A stretch of 55,795 bases of DNA, filler included, from Dugesia japonica (lineage: Eukaryota), in assembly GCA_001938525.1 (NCBI GenBank). It is 5 parts of 5 records of this genome, joined end to end, with 100 filler letters (N's around TTAATTAATTAA, not from the genome) between each part and the next. Parts side by side here need not be neighbours in the genome. Positions count along the whole stretch, not along the records: positions 1 to 9,200 come from MQRL01567569.1; positions 9,301 to 19,251 come from MQRL01647711.1; 3 more parts are not named here. One strand, written 5' to 3'. Positions 1 to 10,891 of this stretch are shown in pieces. The first letter of the stretch is position 1. Each line of letters begins with the position of its first letter. A program made the position numbers and the translations under genes. A model generated the notes under the pieces. The model was not told where the DNA came from. It did no database searches and saw only the letters and a list, made by a program, of their open reading frames with translations.

Positions 1-59
1 TATGTTAAAAAATACATGGTTGCTATGTAAATAATACAAAGTAACTATGCAAATAATAC

Positions 60-290
60 ACCCTCTTCATTCTTTTAACCTCTTCTTTCTTTTTTACTCT
101 CTTCCTTCTTTTACCCTCTTCCTTCTTTTACCCTCTTCCTTCTTTTACCCTCTTCCTTCTTTACCCTCTTCTTTCTTTTACCTTATTCTTTTTTACCCTC
201 TTCCTTCTTAACCGACTACTTTCTTTTACCCTTCCTTTCCTTTTCTTTTACTAATCCTTCTTTAACCCTCTTCACTCCTAAATTCTATAC
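60..290. repeat. Pyrimidine-rich ~17-bp tandem repeat (TTTTACCCTCTTCCTTC)
   Basis: The unit repeats exactly several times at 111-165 and is degenerate on both sides. Confidence 0.9.
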
Positions 291-423
291 ACCACTAAAC
301 CATATACACTCATAATTCCTACACCAATATCAAAATATTTACTTAAAGATTCTATATAGACTTATTATATGGAAAGGTTCTTTGAATTTATGATTTTTAA
401 TTTTGTAAAGAAACGTTCCCAGC

Positions 424-785
424 TAATATGTTATTTTATAGAAAATTGTCACTAGTAATATGTATTTTTATGGACAAATTGTATTACCAATATGTTTTAA
501 ATTAGAACAATGCATCACCAATATGTTTTATTTTGGAAAATTACATTGTCAATATGTTTTTTAATGGAAAATTACAGCACTAATGAGATTTTTTATAAAA
601 AATTGTAAAACTAAAGAGATTTTCAATTAAAAATTGCATCGTAAATGATATTTTTTATTAAAAATTACATCAGTAATGAGATTTTTATTAAACAATGCAA
701 TGGTAATGAGATTTTTTATTCAAAAATTGCAGCCCTTATGAGATTTTTTATAGAAAATTAGCCCTAGTAATATGTTTTTGAATAA
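424..785. repeat. Degenerate ~31-bp minisatellite, about 12 units
   Basis: Units read AAT(A/G)(T/A)G(T/A)TTTTT...AAAATTGCA...; AATATGTT or AATGAGAT starts recur every 30-32 nt. Confidence 0.85.
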
Positions 786-827
786 AGTTCTAAGTATTGT
801 TTTATCATTTTGTAATGAAAAGTTTTA

Positions 828-1445
828 ATTTGAATATTTATTAATGTATATATCACAAAGACTCACCTCTTTGATTATTTTTAATAGTCATACTTTTATC
901 ATGTAAATATCACATAGACTCCCCTCTTTGAACTTTTTTATTTGAATATTTATATAAGTTATATTTATTATGTAAATATCACAAAGACTCCCCTCTTTGA
1001 TTATTTTTGATAGATACATTTTAACATGTAAATACTCAAAAAAATAAATGTAACTCAGAAGCATTACAGCTGCAACACACATACACTGAAAATCACAAGT
1101 CTGAGAATTTTTAAAACTCAATAAAGCCACTATTTTGATTTATTTTAAATGCAACTCTTTTACAACTCAGATGCAACACACATACATTAAAAATTACGTG
1201 CCTATGAATTTTAGACTGCCTCATACCTTGCAAAATATCAAGTATGTCTCATCACATGCTAAATATAGAGGCTCCCATGTTAAATATATTGGCTCCCTAT
1301 TCAAAATTTCAAGACTGCGCATATCATGCAAAATACCAAGTTTCTCCGATATCTTGTAATTATATCTTGTAATAATATCTTAAAAAATATCAAGACTGCC
1401 CATAACATGCATAAATATCTTTAAAAATATCAAGACTCCCTTCTT
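828..1445. repeat. Several short direct-repeat arrays
   Basis: ATATCACA(A/T)AGACTC(A/C)CCTCTTTGA occurs three times (~850, 907, 976); TGCAACACACATACA twice; AAATATCAAG(ACT) three or more times. Confidence 0.8.
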
Positions 1446-2009
1446 CCCCAGTCGAAAATCTTACAAAACAACACTTCTCTGATCAAAATACCGAAAAAAT
1501 AACCAAAAATACCTCAAAAACTCAAAAATGATTTTACTTTCATTAAATTCATCAAATTAAGCAATATACAGCATTTTTTACCAAATTATTTATTTCAAAA
1601 ATTTATGACGTCATAACCAACCGACAGAAAAATTTCAAATAAATCTTATAAAATCCGATAATTAATTCTCTTTCAACACATACCAACCTCCACCTCACGA
1701 AAATTTTTTTAACACACTTATACTACTTACTAAATAAACCATTCAAAAAGTAGCCCTTAAAATAAAACATCAAAGCACATTCGACAACCAACATCTTCAC
1801 CATCACATTACCTCTCCAACAAGCCATCAACCAACAAATTCCATCAACAACATAAAAAACTACAACCAAAACATAAACCACCCACGATAACTCATATTAT
1901 GTGCCCGTGTGCACATAATCGGGAGGGGGCTCGATAACTGCTTTAAAATAATTGTGCCCGAATTTCGGCTCATTGCCAAATTGTGCCCGTGTGCCACTAT
2001 CTACCTACT

Positions 2010-3150
2010 TATGTCAGATAAATTGGATGTAGGACGCACACATCTGACAAGTCAAAAAATAATCACAAGTGGTGAACCAATCAATGTAAAACCATACAGG
2101 CAACCAATAAACTTAGAATCTAAAATTGGAGAAGCTATCCAAAGCTTTTCGAGAAAAATATTTTCCGGAAGTGCAACTTTCCATGGAAACACCTCACTGA
2201 TTTGTGTCTGGAAAAAGGAAACGAAAGATATAAGAATATGTTTAAATTTTAGGCAATTGAATTCAGTAACAAAATGACAAGCCTTTCCGATGCCTAATGT
2301 CGGTGAAATGCTAAACAAGTTAGATGGAGCCAAATATTTTAGTTCAATAGATTTGGGAAATGCGTACTATCAGGTAGAGCTCGAAGAAGAATCTCAAGAA
2401 AAAACGGCGTTTTCAACGAAGCACGGACAATATTGTTTTAATAGAATGCCATTTAGAATCGCAGCGCACCATGGACATTCCAAGAGATGATGACAAAAGT
2501 GATTCGCAGAATCAATGGAGCCATGGTTTATCTTGATGACATTCTGATATTTACGAGCAATAAAGATCAACACTATGAAGTAATTGAAAAAGAATTGATG
2601 AAAATAATGAAGGCTGGTCTAAGAATTAATCGAAAAAAGTGTCAGTTTCTTCAAAGCGAAATCAAATTGCTTTAACATATAATTAACAGAGATGGTGTCA
2701 GTACTGATCCTTTTAAAATAGAAGCAACAAGAATATTTGGCAAGTCTAACTGTGTGAAGAAGCTGCGAAGTTTCTAAGAAATTTGTAATTATTACAGTAA
2801 ATTTATAGAAAACTACCCAAGAAAATTAAGGATCTTAGAGCAGTTGTGTTGCGGACCAAGCAACAAGAAATTAGAACGGACAGATGATATAAACGATACT
2901 TTTGAGAGTCTCAAGAAATTTCTAATAACTTCACCAATATTATGTTTTCAAGCATTACTTGTACGGTAAAAGATTTAATCTTAGAACAGCTCATAAGGCT
3001 CTAACTTTCATGATGACGACAAAAAAACTAATTATGTCACATTTCCAGGCATGGATTAATAATCTGAGTAGTTAAGACATTTTTTTATAATATAAAAAAG
3101 GAATACAACATGGTAATGCAGATATTTTATCTAGACCAAGATTTGAGGTA
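2010..3150 (+). mobile_element. Ty3/Gypsy pol remnant (RT and partial RNase H), pseudogenised
   Basis: Motifs KPYRQP, IDLGNAYYQV, KTAFST, RMPF, YLDD and ADILSR; contains stops, frameshifts and an internal deletion near 2950. Confidence 0.92.
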
Positions 3151-3410
3151 AGTAATAGTGAATAGTACGATTTTAGCCGAGACCGTAACGCTACAAAATA
3201 ATGTAAAGATATTTATGAAAAAGTCAATACCAGGACAACAGAAATTAAGCAGTNATTACAGAGGAAAAAGACGGTAATCTATACCAGTACAACAGATTTA
3301 AAAATTGAAAAAATCAAGGCTTGTGTTTTTGGCTTGTGGCTTCACAATAAAAAATCAGTGCATATTTAGTAAAGAAAATCTAGGCTAAAATCGTATTATT
3401 CACTATTACT
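3151..3410. mobile_element. 260-bp mini element with ~28-32 bp terminal inverted repeats (AGT...ACT)
   Basis: AGTAATAGTGAATAGTACGATTTTAGCC (3151-3178) versus GGCTAAAATCGTATTATTCACTATTACT (3383-3410), one mismatch; no perfect TSD. Confidence 0.75.
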
Positions 3411-3443
3411 CGGTATTGTATTTTATTTTATTATTTTAGAAAA

Positions 3444-3658
3444 ATGGAAGAGTTTATTGAAGATATACTATAAAACAAGATCTTGAGTTTATGAATAATT
3501 TACAACAAGATTATTTTAAAGTTATAAAATCTACATCTGAAGAACAAAATTTAATATTAAAAGAAGTTTATTCAAAATTTAGATTATATGAAAAGGCTAT
3601 TAATTTAGCTGGTGATGCTATTTATGAACTATCAATTGAAAATGAAAACAAAATATAA
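3444..3658 (+). pseudogene. Orphan virus-like small ORF with an early frameshift
   Basis: AAAATG start; reads MEEFIEDIL/QDLEFMNNLQQDYFK...IENENKI*; intronless; first of a packed ORF array. Confidence 0.4.
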
Positions 3659-3818
3659 TATTGAAATAAAATATAAATAGTTTTTATTATTATTCTTTTT
3701 GCTAGTACAGTATAAGAGTATAATAGTATGGCATAATAGTATAACAAAATAGTATAACAGTATAGAATATTAGCAAATAGTATAATAGCATAATATTATC
3801 AAATATATTATTAATAAA

Positions 3819-4151
3819 ATGTCTTCTAATAATACAATTGTAATAAATGGAATAAATATAGTAAGTGGATTAAGTAAAGCAGAATTGTATAAACTTTTGA
3901 AAAGTTATAATTTTATTGAAAATTCAGTTTTGGCTTTTACTAAACAAAATAATGTAAATGAGAAACCATTAAGAAAATATTTAAGAGAATTTTATATTCC
4001 ATTTAATAGAAGAACAACGATTAAAACTTTAAAAAGAGATGTTAATGGGCAAAATAAATTTTTACCTAAAGAATTTGAAAAAAATCAAAGTCAAAATCAA
4101 ATTCAAAATAAAAATGAAAATCTTATAAATAAGCCTAAAACTGATTATTAA
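3819..4151 (+). CDS. Orphan 110-aa basic protein in a virus-like ORF array
   Basis: Open 110 codons in extremely AT-rich DNA; TAAAATG start; the next ATG (4155) lies 3 nt after the stop. Confidence 0.5.
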   Translation: MSSNNTIVINGINIVSGLSKAELYKLLKSYNFIENSVLAFTKQNNVNEKPLRKYLREFYIPFNRRTTIKTLKRDVNGQNKFLPKEFEKNQSQNQIQNKNENLINKPKTDY

Positions 4152-4245
4152 AAAATGAGTAATGAAGAATTTTTAAAAAATGTTGAAAAAACAATAAAAA
4201 CAGCAAAAAGTGAAAATAAAAAACATTAAATTATAAATAAATAAA

Positions 4246-4539
4246 ATGGGAAGTAAAAAACAAGTTATTCAAAAATCAAACAATCGAGAAATGTTGGATA
4301 TAAATACTTTGTTTAGTACTATGAATAATTTTGCAAAGATTGAAAATTATAGTATCGTGAAAATTGAAAGTTTTGCCCAGTGGGAAATTACAAATAAATG
4401 TGCAAACAAGTATTTAGCTGCTTTAAAAGAAATGTATACTCAAGTTGAAAATTTTAAAGATAATGAAAAGTTTAAAACATTAGGTTTAATGCTTGCTAAA
4501 TTTTGTGAATCAGAATGTAAGGGAAAAAATAATAAATAA
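4246..4539 (+). CDS. Orphan 97-aa protein in a virus-like ORF array
   Basis: Open 97 codons; TAAAATG start 16 nt after the stop of the short ORF at 4155-4229. Confidence 0.5.
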   Translation: MGSKKQVIQKSNNREMLDINTLFSTMNNFAKIENYSIVKIESFAQWEITNKCANKYLAALKEMYTQVENFKDNEKFKTLGLMLAKFCESECKGKNNK

Positions 4540-4644
4540 TTTATCTAAACAAGAAGCAAGGAATATTAAAATAATAAAACAATTATAAATCGGCAATCCA
4601 AAAAGAAAGAGATGAGTGTAACAGAAAAATTGATCTGCAACATC

Positions 4645-6849
4645 GATGCGTAAACGATTAGGATATGCAATGGAGATTCTAGAAATTAACAAAGATCATA
4701 GATTGACTGCAATTATTCAGAATAATGAGGATGTATTTATGGCGGATAAATGCGACATTGGATGCACACACTTAACAAGCCATCGAATAATGACTAAAAA
4801 AAGTCCAATCAACCTGAAACCGTACCGCCAACCAATGAATCTAGAAGAAAAGATTGAAGAGGCCATCAAGAATTTATATGATAATGATATCATCCGGAGG
4901 TGTAATTTGCAATGGAATACGCCATTAATCTGCGTTTGGAAAACGGAAAAAAAGGATATACNATTATGCACAGACTTTAGACAGCTCAATGCAATAACAG
5001 AAAGACAAGCTTTTCCTATGCCAAATGTGGATGAAATGTTAGATGCTTTGGAAGGTACGAAGTAGTTTAGCTCAATAGACTTGGGAAATGCATACTATCA
5101 AGTGGAACTCAGTGAAGATTCTCAAGAAAAAACCGTCTTTTCGACCAGACAAGGGCAATTTTGTTTCAATAGAATGCCTTTTGAAATTGCAGCAGCACGA
5201 AGTACGTTCCAGGGAATGATAAATAAAGTAATCGGGAAAATAAAAGGAGCGATGGTTTAGATTGCTGGAACAACTAAGTAGTGAGCCAAGTAACAAGAAA
5301 ATTGAATGGGCAAATGAATTAGAAAAAGTTTTTAATGGAGTGAAGGAAGCACTAATGATGTCTCCAATATTATGTTTTCCAGATATAAATAGAGGATTTA
5401 TTTTGGACACGGATGCGAGTTTTGATAGGATTGGGGCAGTACTATCTCAAAAAGACAATAATGGGCAAGAAAGAGTAATTGCATATAAGTCACACGAAAT
5501 GACTAGTCATGAGAAATGATATTGTACTACACGGAAAGAATTTATCGCAATTTGCTACTTTTGTATTCATTTTAAACATTACTTATACGGAAAGAGATTC
5601 ATCTTTAGAACAGACCATAAAGCTATCACTTTTATGCTAAATATCAAGAAGCCGATTATATCACAGTTTCAAACCTGGATTAATTATTTGAGCAGTTTAG
5701 ATATAAAATTGAAATATAAAAAAGGATCACTTTATACAAATGCAGATATTTTGTCAAGGAGTGAATGCAGTACATCTGCGCAATGTATAATGTCACATGA
5801 TGATTCCATTAGTGTAAAATTAAAAACAAGAATGTTAAATACAGTAGATATTCAAGAAAAACAAGGCAATTTTAATGAGAATGATGAAGGAACATGAATA
5901 TCTGATGATAAAGTAGAAGAGGTTATAATGAGGATACCACATTTTTTTAGTCATGCTGGAGCAAAAAAGGTAGCAGCGTATATAAAGGATAAATATAACG
6001 CAAAACATTTGTGAAGCAAAGTACAAAAAGTTATATGAAACTGTAAAACATGCCAGATAGCTAAAGTGTTGACAAAAAAAACGAAGGAAGAAACCAAAAA
6101 GACTCAGCCAGCCGAAATGTTTGAACTGTTATTTATAGATGTGTGTGAACCACTGCCGGAGACAAGAGGTCGGTAAAAATATGTTTTCGGTATAATAGAC
6201 CAATGGAGTAAGTATGTAGCCTAGATAGCAATGACAAAACAAGATGAAGATACTATACGGAAAGCAATATTGTAGAAGTGGATATTAAAGTTCGAGTGTC
6301 CAAAATAAACTCGAGTTGATTGTGAAAGAGTATTTTAGTCTTAATCATTGAAAGATTTCGCAGCTGAACAATGAATTACCCTCAGGTTTCCGAGTCCATA
6401 TCATCATAACACAAATGGGCAAATCGAGAGGCAGTTTAGAACTATGCGGGATATGATTAATGCAACACTTAAAGAAAGGAAAACCTCAGATTGGGTGGAT
6501 GTATTGCCAGGGATGGAATTTACCTTAACGCTACAACACAGAAAACTATCGGGAAAAGCCCTGCTGACATCGTATTTGGGAAGAGAATCAGTACAGAAAA
6601 ATCGTATGAAACAAATACTCAAAGAGTGCACAATGAACAAGAGATATAAATATTAACCAAAAGACAATTCGAGGTCTGTGATGAGTTCTTATTGGAATCT
6701 GAAACAAGAAACAAAAATCAAGATCGATATGAAGGACCCTATAAGATCAAGAGGAAAGTTCATGACAGACGTTACATCTTGGAAGATACAAACGGAAAAA
6801 TTCTCAAAAGAAACACAGAGAAGATCAAAAAATTTCTTAAAAGATGGGA
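4645..6849 (+). mobile_element. Ty3/Gypsy pol remnant (RT with deletion, RNase H, integrase) ending in a polypurine tract
   Basis: Motifs DFRQLN, LDTDASFDRIGAVLSQ, TDHK, SPYHH.TNGQIER and YEGPYKI; purine tract AAAAGATGGGA at 6839-6849. Confidence 0.93.
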
Positions 6850-7340
6850 TGTGAGGAGTTTAGAAGCGAGTTAAAATTTTTTGTGCTCTGGTTAGAAATT
6901 GTGTTTTTAAAAAAATTTTTTTAATAAGAAACAAAATCACAAATTATTTAAATTAAAATAAATTAAAATTTTTGGAAATGACAATTTTGTTTTGAAAGTT
7001 CAGAAGATTTTAAATTGATAATTTAATAGCAAGTGATTTTGTTTTGAAAATTTTTTGGAAGTTTTTGTGAAAATTTTAAAGGATATTTTATTAACAAATG
7101 ATCATTTTTTTGTTTTAAAATTTTATGAAAATTTTAAAAGGATTTTATGAAAATTTTAAAAGGATGTGTTATTAAAAAATATTTATTTTCTGAAAAATTA
7201 TTAAATTAATTTAAATCGAGTTTTAAATCTAAATTTTTAAATTTGTGAAAATTAATTTTCGATTATAGCATGAAGTTTTAATTTGTTTGATTAAACAAAT
7301 AATGATGGCTATAGTTTTTATTTGAAATAAATTTTATGGA
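6850..7340 (+). mobile_element. 3' LTR of the Gypsy element, with internal AT-rich tandem repeats
   Basis: Starts TGTGAG right after the purine tract; homologous to 18721-19251 (TTTTTGTGCT(C/T)TGGTT, ACAATTTTGTTTT, AGCA(T/C)G...GTTTTAATTT). The right end is approximate. Confidence 0.7.
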
Positions 7341-7385
7341 GTTGAATTGTAATGTTGATAATCCGAATTCTCAAAACTCATCTAA

Positions 7386-7387
<2 letters not shown>

Positions 7388-7441
<54 letters not shown>

Positions 7442-7491
7442 NNNNNNNNNNNNNNNNNNNNNNNNNNNNNNNNNNNNNNNNNNNNNNNNNN

Positions 7492-7547
<56 letters not shown>

Positions 7548-7560
7548 GTTATTATTATTG
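7388..7560. repeat. (TTA)n microsatellite spanning a gap
   Basis: Directly visible. Confidence 0.97.
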
Positions 7561-7739
7561 TGAGGCTATCAATATTGTTATTATTATTGTGAGGCTATCA
7601 ATATTGTTATGATGTAAAAAATTATTTATTATTGTAATGAAATTATTATTATAAAATGTAATTAAAATATAAAATTATTATTATTATTACAAAAATTTAA
7701 ATAATTAAAATATATTCATTTATAGATTTTATTATTGCT

Positions 7740-8673
7740 ATCTATGTGAGTCATAATGACTCAGTTGTAAAGTACAGCAGCGAAAAGTTGAATCGCCGGC
7801 TGGAACGCGATTGACAAACTTTTAAAGAAACCCAGCTTGTCGAGTTCAACATAATAACCCAGAGCAACACATGCATAGAATTTCTAAAAAACAATTATGC
7901 AAAAGGTCAACGAGTAACTGCTTTGGAAAACCCAAAAAGAATTTTTAAAAAAGCAATTGACACTCATAAAATAAAATAATAACAAAAATATAACAAAATA
8001 TGAACAACGTTAATAAAAAAATCTAAATAAAAAAGACATGAAATTGAAAAAGAAATGGAATTATAAATGGAGGCTTGGCGAGTTGTCACTTTTACATCCT
8101 TAATAAATTTTCATCATTACACTTGATTGGACCGACGATTACACCATAATATCCGTTAGGTCATTACGCATGTAACGATACAATAACAGTTGGCATAGCA
8201 TGTATGTACTTGTTTTAAATTGAATTTTTAAAGTCTTTGTTCGAGTGCACTACACCCTTTTGATGAGAACGAAGCATTTTATGACCAAGGTTCTTTAGGT
8301 AATTTATAGGTACTTTTTAATGTTCATTAGAATGATGCCAAGATTGATTTAATCCGATCAAAAATGGAGGCTTAACGAGTCTCGATCTTACGACCTTAAT
8401 AAACTTTTACGATCACACTTGATTGACTCGTCAATTGTACCATAAGATCAATCACGTCTAAGCTCATCCAACGACGCCATAGCGATATATTGATGATACT
8501 GTCCAACCGAGAAAGATTTGAATTCCTGGCAAATTTCTCGGATACAAATTTTCAAACCAGGTCCAAAGGTCAAACCACAAAATACTAAAACAGGTTCAAA
8601 GGTCAAAACAAGAAATACATAAATACTTTGCCGGCATTGGTAGAGGGTTTATGAGCGTTACTATCTACCTACT
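7740..8673 (-). mobile_element. Polinton/virus-like fragment with AGTAGGTAGATAGT terminus and two tandem decayed paralogous ORFs
   Basis: The terminus 14-mer is shared with 1996-2009; a module is duplicated 297 nt apart (~8065-8200 and ~8362-8520) and is homologous to 24190-24380. Confidence 0.45.
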
Positions 8674-9200
8674 AAGCAGTGAAAACCTTTTACAGCACCA
8701 TAATATTATTCACAACTTTGCGTAAACAATCCTCTCATGAATTTATCGCTAACGGATCGACACGATCGTTGGAGATGTCACCAATGTACTTGTAAGCAAG
8801 ACATCATTGTTTGAAAAAGAACGTGGCTGTATACAGACAATTGGTACAAATTAGAAAGACCATAATTTAGTTAAATAAAAAAAATTATAAAAAAATTGAT
8901 TTAAGTTAATTAAAATGGAAGTACCGAAATTAATTAATAAATTTGATTCTTTGCTCTTTTATGATTATGACTTAAAATCCATATCAAAATTTGTTCTAAA
9001 TAAAATATAATTTTTTTAATGTTAAACTATAAAATAATAAATAAATTCTGTGATTTGATAATTATCAATAATCTATTTTACTGTTTCCATTAAATAATAT
9101 TTATTAAACATTTAATAATATTAAAATGCAGGGCGATCAATTACCAGTTTATCCGCCCAATGTACAAGGTGAATTAAGACTTGTTTTACAAAATAAAGAT

Positions 9201-9300
9201 NNNNNNNNNNNNNNNNNNNNNNNNNNNNNNNNNNNNNNNNNNNNTTAATTAATTAANNNNNNNNNNNNNNNNNNNNNNNNNNNNNNNNNNNNNNNNNNNN
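9201..9300. other. Artificial scaffolding gap: 44 N + TTAATTAATTAA + 44 N (linker also at 19296, 37482, 46623)
   Basis: The identical 12-mer, which has stops in all six frames, is centred in 100-nt N runs four times. Confidence 0.95.
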
Positions 9301-9849
9301 ATTAATATAATTTTATAAATCAATTATTAATATAATTTTATAAATCAATATATCGAAATTTTCTTTAATTTATCTCGTAAATTCTAAATTGATATAATTT
9401 CTGTTTTCAATAATTCGCTAATAGATACACAAAAAAAAATCACCAAAATGTACTCAAATAAATCTAGAGGGTGGCAAATTTTTAGAAAAAAAGGAAAACA
9501 TGAGGCAACATGCAATTTCAGCCAAATCATTATTCAACGACAAGGAGCCAATACTACTTGTATGATAAATCAAAGTTTGAATGCATAATTTGTTTTCCAT
9601 TGATTATTTACCCGGGTATAAATAATAAAATTTATCGATTCTCCGGATCGTAAAATAATCGAGTATTTGGATACACTAAATCTAATCATTAACAGTGAAA
9701 TTGTTGATTTATTCTGTGCATGCGCCGAATATACTTTACTTATCCCCTGGTTCATTCCTCTCTCTTGTTGTGTATTGTTGTGCATTTAATAATCAATAAA
9801 TTATACAGTGAAAACGATAACTTCAATAATATTATAATTCAAACAAAAT

Positions 9850-10480
9850 TTCTGTCAAACATTGATTTTCTTTCTGTTTAGAGATGTCAAAAATATGCGG
9901 ACGACCCACCTGAGATGATTTATTGGCGGAGCAAACAAAATGTAGAGCGGAATTGAAGAAACTGCTTAAAGAACTAAGAGAAACCCTCGAGGACAACCAA
10001 CTATTCAAAGATAAAGTAAAAGCGACAAGAAGTCGAGTTAGTGATAGAAGAAAGCAAGAGCTATTCACTTACACAAAGCAATGAAATGCTACTCGATGAG
10101 AAAAAAATGTTACGTTGATCGATAAGTGAGTGAGTTGGCAAGTTCTATGACACTTTGGCAAGAATAAAACTAACCTCTTGAGCTACATGGGAATATTGAA
10201 GATGTGTTCAGAATACGTTCAGTGACATTNTATAAATACAGTTTTCTTATTGAAATGTGTTAATTAATTGATGAAGTTACAAATGACACTGAGCAGTGAG
10301 AAAAAAGAACATTAATATCTTCCAAAGACAGACTACCGCTGAAATCAGGAAAGTGACACAGGAGGAGGTATCACTCAGATTCTTATGGTTCAGGGGTATC
10401 ATTGCTCCGGACAATAAAGTAACAGAAAAGAAAACACCAAGAGTTGAAAGCCGAATAAATGTAAATTCCTTGGAGCCCAA
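9850..10480 (+). mobile_element. Decayed gag-like retroelement fragment related to 15400-16530
   Basis: TGGTTCAGGGGTATCATTGCTCCGGACAA (~10387) resembles TGGTTATGTGGTATCATCCCCCAGACAA (~16466); coiled-coil-like frame with stops. Confidence 0.4.
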
Positions 10481-10504
10481 TAATAATAATGATAATAATA
10501 ATTA

Positions 10505-10891
<387 letters not shown>

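Larger units (their letters stand above)
1..2009. mobile_element. Repeat-rich terminal region of a putative Polinton/Maverick-like element, ending ...ACTATCTACCTACT
   Basis: The 14-mer at 1996-2009 is identical to 8660-8673. Its reverse complement starts AGTAGGTAG, like Polinton 5'-AG(T) termini. Gypsy homology begins immediately after it. No hallmark Polinton gene was seen. Confidence 0.45.

Noticed and set aside
424-785. 31-bp periodic array as a CRISPR array
   Set aside because: The units are contiguous and degenerate with no unique spacers; there are no cas genes and the context is eukaryotic.
1909-2277. 122-aa ORF as a real gene
   Set aside because: It is a chance fusion of the non-coding terminus with Gypsy RT across the 2009/2010 junction.
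2052-5410. Minus-strand ORFs over Gypsy pol (also 33343, 34683 and 35019)
   Set aside because: These are antisense shadows of retroelement coding sequence.
7336-7612. Poly-I/L/Y ORFs (also 13541-13822 and 17369-17712)
   Set aside because: These are translations of (TTA)n microsatellites and N gaps.
8095-8135. Hsp70-like 'Q.SV..K.Y(Q)G' resemblance in the orphan family
   Set aside because: The match is too short and the flanking residues do not align to Hsp70.
8067-8590. Plus-strand ORFs starting ATGGAGGCT at 8067 and 8364
   Set aside because: They contain many stops, and the synonymous substitution pattern supports the minus-strand frame.
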